Source of the DNA: Dehalococcoidia bacterium
GTDB lineage: Bacteria; Chloroflexota; Dehalococcoidia; UBA2979
Length of the DNA: 64,000 bases
Assembly: GCA_964291495.2 (NCBI GenBank)
Contig: OZ219871.1
Coordinates: 1,280,001-1,344,000, forward strand
Reading direction: 5' to 3'
Shown one piece after another: positions 12,736 to 22,685 of the stretch. Numbering within the stretch: position 1 is the stretch's first letter; every line of letters starts with the position of its first letter. The notes below the pieces were generated by a model. It was not told where the DNA came from. It made no database searches and saw only the letters and a list, made by a program, of their open reading frames with translations. Made by a program: the position numbers and the translations under genes.

Positions 12736-13317
12736 CTACTCTTCGGCCTGTCCGCCCGCGGCGGACCCGGCCTCGCCGCCCCCGACCACCACCTGGGCCG
12801 GTCGCAGCACGTAGTTCTCGATGCGGTAGCCCTCGCGCACGAGGGCGACGACCTGGCCCTCCGGGCCCGGCGCGGACGAGACGGCCTCGTGCACCAGCGG
12901 GTCGAACGCCTCGCCCTCGCCGCCGATCTCCTCGACGCCGGCGCTCGCCAGCATCTCCTTGAACTTGCGCTCCACGAGCCTGATGCCCTCGATCCACTGG
13001 TCCTCGGCGAGCGCGCCGTCGACCGAGGTCAGCGCGCGGCTCAGGTCGTCGAGCGGCGGCAGGCAGCGCGCCATCGTCTGCGCGAGCTGCGCCCGCGCGC
13101 GCTCCGCCCAGCGCTCCTCGGTGCGGCGCCGGTAGTTCTGCAGATCGGCCACCGCGCGCGCGTGGCGCTCGGTCAGCTCCGCGACCTCCGCCTCGAGGGC
13201 GGCGATGCGCTCGGCGTCGCTCGACGCCTCGTCACCAGCCTCCCGGGCGGGCGCGGCGCTGTCCCCGGCGGTGTCTCCTTCAAGAGGCACGTCGTCTTGC
13301 TCCTGGTTGTTCGTCAT
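12736..13317 (-). CDS. grpE: Nucleotide exchange factor GrpE
   Basis: [29 protein letters not shown]. Confidence 0.96.
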   Translation of the reverse strand: MTNNQEQDDVPLEGDTAGDSAAPAREAGDEASSDAERIAALEAEVAELTERHARAVADLQNYRRRTEERWAERARAQLAQTMARCLPPLDDLSRALTSVDGALAEDQWIEGIRLVERKFKEMLASAGVEEIGGEGEAFDPLVHEAVSSAPGPEGQVVALVREGYRIENYVLRPAQVVVGGGEAGSAAGGQAEE

Positions 13318-13346
13318 CGGTGTGTGTGCAACGGGCGGGTGACGCC

Positions 13347-14360
13347 TCAGCCATCGAGTTCGTGCAGCAACTCGGTCATCAGCCGGGCGAAGTAGCGGAC
13401 GCGCGGGATCGTGTGCCCGTATTGCATCCGCGTGGGGCCCAGCACCGCGACGGAGCCGACGGCGCCGCCGGGCTCCCCGAAGGCCGAGATGACCATGGTC
13501 CAGTCGTGCAGCCAGCTCCGCTCGTTCTCATCGCCAATCAGCACGCGCGCGCCGGGGTCCGGGCTCTGCGGCGGTCGCAGCGCACCACGCAGCTCGTACG
13601 CCTCCAGGTGCTCCACCGCGTCCAGCATGCGATCGGTGGTGGAGAACTCCGGCTGCTCCAGGGCCTTCCTGACGCCGTCGATGAACAGCTGCGCCGCGCT
13701 CGCGCCTTCCGCCACGAGGTCGGCGACCTCGATCGATAGGCGGTGATCGTCGTCATCCTCGAACTGCGAGGCGATCGCGCGGATCCGCTCCGGGTCGGAG
13801 AGCGAGAGGCGGTCGTTGAGGCGCGCCGCGCGGGTGAGCAGCTCCGCCTGGTCCTCGTGCTCCGGCACCGCGACGATCCGCTCCTGCACGCTGCCGTCAT
13901 CCAGCACCGCCACCAGCAGCGCGGCGCCGGGCCGCAGGTGCACCAGCTGCGCCTGCCGGAGGTGCGGCACGGGCCGCTGCGGACGCGAGACGACGGCGAC
14001 GTTGCCGACGGCCGCCGCGAGGACCGAGGCGGCGAGCTCGAGCCACTCGTCCAGCCCCGGCGGCACCTGGTAGAACTGGTGCTCGATCGTCCGCCGCTCG
14101 TCCGCGCCGACCGGATCCTCGGCCATCAACTGCTCGACATAGAAGCGGTAGCCCGTATTGGAGGGGACGCGCCCGGCCGAGGTGTAGGGGTGCGTGATGT
14201 ACCCCTCCTGCTCGAGCGCGGCCAACTCGTTCCGCACGGTGGCGGTGGAGACGTCGAGGTTGTGGCGATCGACCAGTGCGCGCGAACTCACCGGCGCAGC
14301 CGTGCCGATATACTCGTCTACGACGAGATTGAGGATGTCCGCCCGGCGCTGAGTGAGCAC
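13347..14360 (-). CDS. hrcA: Heat-inducible transcription repressor HrcA
   Basis: LTQRRADIL, STATVRNEL, PYTSAGRVPS, VLGPTRMQY. Start placed at GTG 14360, downstream of CIRCE. Confidence 0.95.
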   Translation of the reverse strand: MLTQRRADILNLVVDEYIGTAAPVSSRALVDRHNLDVSTATVRNELAALEQEGYITHPYTSAGRVPSNTGYRFYVEQLMAEDPVGADERRTIEHQFYQVPPGLDEWLELAASVLAAAVGNVAVVSRPQRPVPHLRQAQLVHLRPGAALLVAVLDDGSVQERIVAVPEHEDQAELLTRAARLNDRLSLSDPERIRAIASQFEDDDDHRLSIEVADLVAEGASAAQLFIDGVRKALEQPEFSTTDRMLDAVEHLEAYELRGALRPPQSPDPGARVLIGDENERSWLHDWTMVISAFGEPGGAVGSVAVLGPTRMQYGHTIPRVRYFARLMTELLHELDG

Positions 14361-14389
14361 GGGCCCTCCATCCCGACTAACCCCGCGGA

Positions 14390-14416
14390 TTAGCACTCTC
14401 ATGGGGAGAGTGCTAA
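14390..14416. promoter_or_regulatory. CIRCE element (HrcA operator)
   Basis: Perfect TTAGCACTC-N9-GAGTGCTAA upstream of hrcA. Confidence 0.98.
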
Positions 14417-14424
14417 CACACAGG

Positions 14425-14454
14425 ATTCTAGCCGCCGGACACCCGACCGGTCAA
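14425..14454 (-). promoter_or_regulatory. Sigma70-type promoter of the hrcA-dnaK operon
   Basis: TTGACC-N18-TAGAAT on the minus strand immediately upstream of CIRCE. Confidence 0.75.
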
Positions 14455-14513
14455 CGCTCGGACGGGCCCGGAAGGCGCACTCGCACGGGATCGAGAGCAG
14501 GAAACGGGAGCGC

Positions 14514-15086
14514 ATGGACCGCGATTCGGACCACCCGGCTGCCGCCCCGACCCAGGCCGGCGATCCCGCCCGCGCGGACGAGGCGCGCGACGCCTTCTCC
14601 GAGCTCTACGAGGCGCACGCCGGCCGCGTCTACCGCTACCTGCTCTCGCGCACCAGCAGCGTGAGCGACGCCGAGGAACTGACCTCGCGCACCTTCACCA
14701 ACGCCTTCGCCAGCCTCGGCAGCTACCGCGGGCGCGGCAAGTTCGAGTCCTGGCTGATGACCATCGCGCACAACCTCCTCGCCAACTGGTACCGCGACCG
14801 CGGCCGCAGACCGCAGTCCGCGCCGCTCGACGAGGCGCTCGCCGTGCCCTCGGACGCGCCGGGGCCGGAGTCGGCGCTCGAGACGCTGGAGGAGACGCAG
14901 CGCGTGCGCCGGGCCACGGCGGCGCTGGCGCCCGACCGCCAGCGCCTGATCACGCTCAAGTACGTCGACGGTCTGACCAACGCCGAGATCGGACGCATCC
15001 TCGGCCGCAGCGAGGGCGCCGTGAAGGCCCTCCACCACCGCACCTTGCGCCAGCTCGCCGAGGCGCTCGCGGCCGAACCGGAGTAG
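14514..15086 (+). CDS. ECF RNA polymerase sigma-70 factor
   Basis: DAEELTSRTF, FESWLMTIAHN, and region 4 EIGRILGRSEGAVKALHHR. Confidence 0.92.
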   Translation: MDRDSDHPAAAPTQAGDPARADEARDAFSELYEAHAGRVYRYLLSRTSSVSDAEELTSRTFTNAFASLGSYRGRGKFESWLMTIAHNLLANWYRDRGRRPQSAPLDEALAVPSDAPGPESALETLEETQRVRRATAALAPDRQRLITLKYVDGLTNAEIGRILGRSEGAVKALHHRTLRQLAEALAAEPE

Positions 15087-15175
15087 CCCGGGCCGCAGCG
15101 GTTCCCGGCTGCGGGTGTGGCGACAGTCGCCCCCGCTCGCTACGATCACGACACCCCGGAAGGGCTGCGCCCACC

Positions 15176-15823
15176 ATGGACATCAACTGGCTCGGGCACG
15201 CCTGCGTGCGCCTGCGCACGCGGCAGGCGGCCGTGGTCATGGATCCGGCGGGCCGGGAGGCCGGCTTCGACATGGGCCGCCCCACCGCCGACATCGTGAC
15301 GATCAGCCGCCACCACTCCCACCACGGCCACGCCGGCGGCGTGCGCGGCCAGCCGATCATCATCGACGGCCCCGGCGAGTACGAGATCGAGGGCGTGCAG
15401 CTCTTCGGCCTGCCCAGCCCGCTGCCGCGCGACGGCGGGGACACGCAGAGCGAGCGCAACACCGCCTACGTCGTCGAGGCGGAAGGGCTGCACGTCGCAC
15501 ACCTCGGCAGCGGCTGCACGCCGCCGCGCGAGGACGAGGCGGGACTGTTCAGCAACATCGACATCCTGATCGTGCCGATCGGTGGCGACGAGTCGGTCGG
15601 GCCGGAGCGGGCAGCCCGCACGGTGCGCGATCTGGAGCCGACGATCGTGATCCCCGTGGGGTACGACGGACCCGCAGCCGAGGGCGAGCAGCCCCCCGCG
15701 CTGCGCGCCTTCCTCGACGCCACCGGCCTCAGCGGCGGCGAGCCGCTGCCGCGGCTCAGCATCCGCCCCCGCGGGCTCGGCGAGGAGCAGCGCGTCGTGC
15801 TGCTGGAGGCCTCGCGCAGGTAG
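15176..15823 (+). CDS. MBL-fold metallo-hydrolase
   Basis: INWLGHAC, MDP, ADIVTIS, GPGEYEI, IDILIVPIGG, PTIVIP. Confidence 0.8.
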   Translation: MDINWLGHACVRLRTRQAAVVMDPAGREAGFDMGRPTADIVTISRHHSHHGHAGGVRGQPIIIDGPGEYEIEGVQLFGLPSPLPRDGGDTQSERNTAYVVEAEGLHVAHLGSGCTPPREDEAGLFSNIDILIVPIGGDESVGPERAARTVRDLEPTIVIPVGYDGPAAEGEQPPALRAFLDATGLSGGEPLPRLSIRPRGLGEEQRVVLLEASRR

Positions 15824-15838
15824 CGCCTTGGGCGGTCG

Positions 15839-17008
15839 TCAGGGCAGGTAGATCCTCGGGTTGCGGCGCACGCCGTTCAGCTCGACCTCGAAGTGCAGGT
15901 GCGGGCCCGTGGTGCGCCCGGTGAGGCCCGCAAACCCGATAACCTGCCCGGCTTTCACCTCGTCGCCGTTCTCGACGGCGAAGTTGCCCAGGTGAGCGTA
16001 GAGCGTCGTGAACCCGCCGCCGTGCGCGACCTTCACGTAGAGGCCGTACGAGCAGCACCGGTGACCGCCGACGAAGATCACCTTGCCGGCCGCCGCCGTC
16101 TTGATCGGCGTACCGACGGGAGCCCTGATGTCGATCCCGAGCGGGTGGCTGGGACCGAAGTACGAGGTGATGATGTCCCTGGTGGGCCAGATGAAGTCAG
16201 GCGAGATGATGCGCCCGCCAGGGACCAGAATCGTCGCCCCGGCCCGTACGAAACCGTCCCCTGGCAGATCATTCGCCTCGATGATCTCCACCACGTTGGC
16301 TTCGTAGCGCCTGGCGATCTCATGGAGGGTTTCGCCGGTGCGGATTTCGTGGATCATCCCGTCCACGCTCGGCACCCGCAGTACCTCGCCCACGCGCAGC
16401 AAGTCGGGCTCGTAGATGACGTCGAGGTTGTTCCAGAGGATGGACTTGGAGCGGATGCCGAAGCGCTGGGCGATGCCGCTGACCGTGTCGCCCTCGCGCA
16501 CCTCGTAGTGGAAGAACAGCGAGCGCGGCTGCGCCTCCAACTCCAGAGCCACCACCCCGGCCGGCGCCGGAACAGCCACCCGGCGGGCCAACTCCCCGAG
16601 ATCGACATCCGGGAGGGAACCGCTCCGGGTCCGGGGCGCCGTCTCAGCCGGTGCAGGCTCCAGCTCGCTCGCGACCGAGGCGCTGGGCACCAGGGAGCTC
16701 ATGAGCACCGGCCCAGTGGGCGCCGGAGCGGCAGGCTGCTCCCAGGCCGCCGCGCCCGCCATGCCCGGCACCGAGATCTGCGCCGGTCTCAGCACCGGCG
16801 CCTGCGGTGTGGAACTCACAGTGTCAGGGGAACGCCCGACGGCCAGCACGACGAGCAAGATGAGGGCGACCACCGCCGCGCACAGCGCGGGCTGCGTCAG
16901 CGGAAGCCAGGCTGCCTCGCGGCCGGCAAGGCGCCGACGCTGGGCAAACCGGAGTTCGCGCCCGATCGTGGAAGGCGGACGCGGGAGTACGAGGCCGATA
17001 CTGCTGAT
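15839..17008 (-). CDS. LysM x2 + M23 peptidase, paralog 1
   Basis: YEVREGDTVSGIA and IRTGETLHEIA LysM repeats, HPLGID and GPHLHFE motifs, TM anchor. Start is inferred at ATC 17008 after GGAGGAGG (listed ORF begins at 17119). Confidence 0.85.
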   Translation of the reverse strand: MSSIGLVLPRPPSTIGRELRFAQRRRLAGREAAWLPLTQPALCAAVVALILLVVLAVGRSPDTVSSTPQAPVLRPAQISVPGMAGAAAWEQPAAPAPTGPVLMSSLVPSASVASELEPAPAETAPRTRSGSLPDVDLGELARRVAVPAPAGVVALELEAQPRSLFFHYEVREGDTVSGIAQRFGIRSKSILWNNLDVIYEPDLLRVGEVLRVPSVDGMIHEIRTGETLHEIARRYEANVVEIIEANDLPGDGFVRAGATILVPGGRIISPDFIWPTRDIITSYFGPSHPLGIDIRAPVGTPIKTAAAGKVIFVGGHRCCSYGLYVKVAHGGGFTTLYAHLGNFAVENGDEVKAGQVIGFAGLTGRTTGPHLHFEVELNGVRRNPRIYLP

Positions 17009-17218
17009 TCCGCTTCCTCCTCCAGCCGGATGCGGCCACCCCCGCGCTGCGCCACCAGCCATCCGGGAGTGAGGTTGCCCGACAGGCAGGCGGAATCCTA
17101 GCACGGCCCGGCGCACCACTCGTTCCGTCCGAGTGCCATGCCGAGGGCAGGCCGATCCGACGAGCAGTGCGTCGTGGTTCTGGCCGCAGCGGCGCCGTTA
17201 GCGTCTCGGGCGACTCCG

Positions 17219-18484
17219 TCAGGGCAAGTAGATCATCGGGTTGCGGCGCACGCCGTTCAGTTCGACCTCGAAGTGCAGGTGCGGGCCCGTGGTGCGCCCG
17301 GTCAGGCCGGCAAAGCCGAGCACGGTGCCCGCCGTGACCTCGTCGCCGCTCTTCACCGCGAAGCTCGCAAGGTGGGCGTAGAGCGTCGTGAACCCGCCGT
17401 CGTGCTGGACCTCGACGTACAGCCCGTACGAGCAGCAGCGCGTGCCGCCCACGAAGATCACCGTGCCGTCGGCGGCCGCCTTGATCGGCGTGCCGACCGG
17501 CGCCCTGATATCGATACCCAGCGGGTGGCTGGGACCGAAGTACGAGGTGACGGTGTCCCTCGTGGGCCAGATGAAGTTGAACTCCGAACTGGTCGTCGGC
17601 GGCGCCGCGACTGCGCGTGCGGGGGCGGCCGGCGGCGAGGGAGCGGGACGGACCACGGCCGCAGGCCTCGGAACGACTCGCCCGCCGGGCACGAGAATCG
17701 TCGTGTCCGCGTAGATGCTGCCTTCGCCGTCGAGCCGGTTCACCTCGATGATGTCGACGATGTTTGCGTCGTAGCGATCGGCGATCTCGAGCAGTGTCTC
17801 GCCGTAGCGAACGCCGTGGAGGATTCCTCCGACGCTTGGGATCTGGATCTCTTCCCCCACGCTCAGGAAGTCGGCGTCGGGAATGATGTCGATGTTGTTC
17901 CAGAGGATGTAGTTCGCGGTGATGCCGAAGCGTTCGGCAATCCCGCTGACCGTGTCGCCCTCCTGCACCTCGTAGCGGAAGAACAGCGGGCGTGGCTGCG
18001 CCTCGCGCTCCTGGAGCTCGCTCTCGGCCGGCGATGCGCCGGCTCCTCGCAACGCCGCCCTCGCGAGGTCGATCTCGGACGTGGCTCCTGGTTGATCCTG
18101 GGAAGCAGCCGCGGCCGACCGGCCCGCACCGGACGCAGCCGAATTCGCCGGGGCCGGGATGACAAGCGGCGGCTCAATCGCCGTCGGCGCGGACAGCGCC
18201 GGCGCCGCCGGCTGCTCCCAACTCGTCGCCCCGGCCATCCCCGGCAACGAGATCTGCGAGGTTCTCAGCACGGGACTCGGTTGCGTCGACGTCACCGTCT
18301 CCGGGAAGAGCCCGGCGATCAGCACAAGGAACAGCAGGAGGCCGACGAACGCTGCGGGCGCCGCCGGCGGCGTCAGCGGCAGCCACGACTGCCTGGCGGC
18401 GGTGATCCGCCGGCGCTGGGACAACCGGAACTCGCGTCCCGGCATCGGACGCGATCGGAGGAGAACGGATCCGATAGTGCTGAT
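17219..18484 (-). CDS. LysM x2 + M23 peptidase, paralog 2
   Basis: Same architecture as paralog 1 with a near-identical C-terminus. Start is inferred at ATC 18484 after AAGGAGG. Confidence 0.85.
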   Translation of the reverse strand: MSTIGSVLLRSRPMPGREFRLSQRRRITAARQSWLPLTPPAAPAAFVGLLLFLVLIAGLFPETVTSTQPSPVLRTSQISLPGMAGATSWEQPAAPALSAPTAIEPPLVIPAPANSAASGAGRSAAAASQDQPGATSEIDLARAALRGAGASPAESELQEREAQPRPLFFRYEVQEGDTVSGIAERFGITANYILWNNIDIIPDADFLSVGEEIQIPSVGGILHGVRYGETLLEIADRYDANIVDIIEVNRLDGEGSIYADTTILVPGGRVVPRPAAVVRPAPSPPAAPARAVAAPPTTSSEFNFIWPTRDTVTSYFGPSHPLGIDIRAPVGTPIKAAADGTVIFVGGTRCCSYGLYVEVQHDGGFTTLYAHLASFAVKSGDEVTAGTVLGFAGLTGRTTGPHLHFEVELNGVRRNPMIYLP

Positions 18485-18647
18485 GCGCGCCTCCTTCGGC
18501 CGGAGGCGACCACCCCCAGGGTCGCGCAATCAGACATCCGGGTAGCGATCTACCCGACAGGAAGAAAGATGTTAGCACGAGGCACGCTGGCGGGCCGCAG
18601 CGCAGCGGCGCAGGCGCGGTCGCGAACGCTCCGTCCGCCTCCCGGCG

Positions 18648-20153
<1,506 letters not shown>

Positions 20154-20393
20154 GCGCGTTACACGCCGTCCTGTTCGACGGCTTCCGAACCAGGGGACAA
20201 GTGGACGCTGGTCATTCTACCGCACCAGACCGCAACTTGCACAGTGCGAGGCACAACCTGGCCGCGGCAAGCCCGACGCTCACGGCGAGCCTTCGATCGG
20301 CGCACGGTCCGAACCACATTCGCAGTGCAGATTCTTCCGGAACGGCGTAGCCTGAGCATGCCCGACGCGGCGGGGGACCGGAAGGTCGCCATC

Positions 20394-22151
20394 GTGCACG
20401 AGCATGCACTCGTCGGCGAACTCGCGGTCATCGGCCTCCTGGCCGTCGCAACCGCGCTGGGCCTGCATCGTCTCGGCCTGCCGGCAACCATCGGGTTCCT
20501 GATCACCGGCAGCATCGCGGGCCCACACGGCCTGCACCTCGTCAGCAACACCGACCGCATCATGCAGATCGCCGAGCTCGGCGTGATCCTGCTGCTCTTC
20601 GCGATCGGGCTCGAGTTCTCGCTCTCGCGGCTGCGTTTCATCTGGCGCACCGTGGCGATCGGCGGCTCGCTGCAGGTCGGCGCTACGGCGGCGGCAGCGC
20701 TCGCGATCCTCGCGATTGCCGGCGACAGCATCGAACGAGGCCTCGTCTTCGGGTTCATCGTGGCCCTTTCGAGCACGGTGGTCGTGTTGCGCGTGCTGGC
20801 GGTGCGGGGCGAGCTGGCCGCCCCACACGGCCGCTTCACCGTCGGCGCACTGATCTTCCAGGATCTGCTGATCATTCCTCTCACCCTCCTCGTGCCGGTC
20901 CTCGCCGGCGGAGATGGCAGCCGCTTCCTGCTCGATGCCGGTTGGGCGCTGCTACGCGCCACGCTCTCGATGGCGGTCTTGCTCGGCGTCGCCCGCCTCC
21001 TGATCCCGCGGCTGTTCGCGGCGGTGGACGCCACGCGCACACGCGAGGTGTTCCTGCTCACCGTGATCTCGGTCGCCCTCGGCTCGGCCTGGCTGATGAA
21101 CCAGCTCGGGCTCTCCGTCGCGCTGGGCGCGTTCCTCGCCGGCCTGCTGCTTGCCGACACGGACTACCGGCATCGCGCCACCAGCGACATCATCCCCCTG
21201 CGCGACGTCTTCACGAGCTTCTTCTTCATCTCGCTCGGCATGCTGGTCGACTGGCGGGTGTTTGTGGAGCAACCGCTCCTCGCGATCCTGATCGTGCTTG
21301 GCCTGGTTCCCGGCAAGGCGCTGATCGCCTCGCTCGCGGCAGTCGCGATGCGCTACCCCGCGCAGGCCGCGTGGCGCGCCGGCTTCTACCTCGCCCAGTT
21401 CGGCGAGTTCGGCTATGTGGTCCTGATCCTCGGGGCGAACGAGGGCCTGATCACGTCCGACGAGGTGCGCCTGATCGTCACCACGGGCGTCGTCAGCATC
21501 ATGCTGTCGCGCCTGCTCATGCGCTGGACCGGCGAGATGCACGCGGGCGAGGTGTTGCTCCGGCCACTCGAGCGGCTGCTGCGCGTGCGCGGCATCGACG
21601 AACCGACGCCGCGGGACGCCGAGCTCGCCGGACACGTCATCGTCGCCGGATTCGGCGTCGCCGGCCAACTGCTCTCCCGCACGCTGGCGCAGGTGGGCAT
21701 CCCCTACCTCGTCCTCGAGCTCAACGCCGAAACCGTGCGCGACGCCCGCCTGGTGCACGAGCACGTCTACTACGGCGACGTCACCAGCACGGAAGCCCTG
21801 GAGCACGCGCGGCTTGCCCACGCGCGAGCCCTGGTGCTGCTCATCAACGACCCGCCCGCCGCGCGCAGCGCGATTATCGCCGCCCGGGGGGAGAGCCCCG
21901 ACATCCCGATCCTCGTGCGCACGCGCTACGTCGCCGAGCGCGAGCAGCTACTCGCCCTCGGCGCCAACCAGGTGATCTCCGAGGAGCTCGAGAGCGGCGT
22001 CGAGATGTCCGCCAACGTGCTGCAAGTGCTCGGGCTCGATCCCCCGTCGATCCGCCGCCAAGTCAGCGATGCCCTGACCGACGCCGACGGCGTCGACCTC
22101 AGCGGCGGCAGCGGCGACTGGATCGAGGCGCTGGGCGACCGATCGCGCTAG
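20394..22151 (+). CDS. CPA2/Kef-type cation:proton antiporter with TrkA-N domain
   Basis: AELGVILLLFAIGLEFS, LSSTVVV, LIFQD, GFGVAG, YYGDVT. Start is 20358 or 20394. Confidence 0.9.
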   Translation: MHEHALVGELAVIGLLAVATALGLHRLGLPATIGFLITGSIAGPHGLHLVSNTDRIMQIAELGVILLLFAIGLEFSLSRLRFIWRTVAIGGSLQVGATAAAALAILAIAGDSIERGLVFGFIVALSSTVVVLRVLAVRGELAAPHGRFTVGALIFQDLLIIPLTLLVPVLAGGDGSRFLLDAGWALLRATLSMAVLLGVARLLIPRLFAAVDATRTREVFLLTVISVALGSAWLMNQLGLSVALGAFLAGLLLADTDYRHRATSDIIPLRDVFTSFFFISLGMLVDWRVFVEQPLLAILIVLGLVPGKALIASLAAVAMRYPAQAAWRAGFYLAQFGEFGYVVLILGANEGLITSDEVRLIVTTGVVSIMLSRLLMRWTGEMHAGEVLLRPLERLLRVRGIDEPTPRDAELAGHVIVAGFGVAGQLLSRTLAQVGIPYLVLELNAETVRDARLVHEHVYYGDVTSTEALEHARLAHARALVLLINDPPAARSAIIAARGESPDIPILVRTRYVAEREQLLALGANQVISEELESGVEMSANVLQVLGLDPPSIRRQVSDALTDADGVDLSGGSGDWIEALGDRSR

Positions 22152-22169
22152 GCGCGACCAGCCCGTCGC

Positions 22170-22637
22170 TCAGAACGGCTTGTAGATCGCGAGCCAGGTC
22201 ATGACCGGCACCGTCAACACCATCAGCGTACCGAAGACCACGGGGACGCGGTCGTTGATCGCGTCCTCGAGCGCCTGGCTCGTCTCGCCTCGCTTCTTCG
22301 CCTGCAGCGCCAGCAGCCGCACCCGTCGCAGTCCCACGCCGAGCAGCGGCAGGAAGATGAAGACGTCGACCGCATAGATCAGCTCGAGCGCCAGCAGCCA
22401 GCCGGTGGTCACGAGGTTGGTGTTCTCCGCGGCCGCCCAGGCGAAACCGGTCAGCCCCGTGGCCAGCAGGCCGGAGAGCAGCCAGCGCGTCTCGTTCTGC
22501 TGCGCCTCGGTCAGCAGCGTTGCGCGAAGGTTGATGTCTGAGGTGCCCCACGCGCGCCAGACGGCGACCATCACGGAGCCGAGGCCGGCCATCATCCAGA
22601 ACAGCGCCAGTATGTGCAGCAGGCGGAAGAAGGTCAT
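22170..22637 (-). CDS. Small 4-TM membrane protein (DUF2269-like)
   Basis: LLHILA start, hydrophobic helices and C-terminal xKPF. Confidence 0.65.
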   Translation of the reverse strand: MTFFRLLHILALFWMMAGLGSVMVAVWRAWGTSDINLRATLLTEAQQNETRWLLSGLLATGLTGFAWAAAENTNLVTTGWLLALELIYAVDVFIFLPLLGVGLRRVRLLALQAKKRGETSQALEDAINDRVPVVFGTLMVLTVPVMTWLAIYKPF

Positions 22638-22685
22638 CGCGGCTCCGCGATCCGGGCGCGTCCGCCCCGGCTCAGGGCCTCACGC

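Noticed and set aside
14361-14402. Listed upstream starts for hrcA (also pnp, rpsO, purA, rsmE, nadD)
   Set aside because: The extensions run into CIRCE, leaders or neighbouring genes; family similarity and SD sites support the later starts.
17040-17105. c-di-AMP (ydaO) riboswitch upstream of the M23 genes
   Set aside because: The CCCGACAG-like word is on the wrong strand and other ydaO elements are missing.
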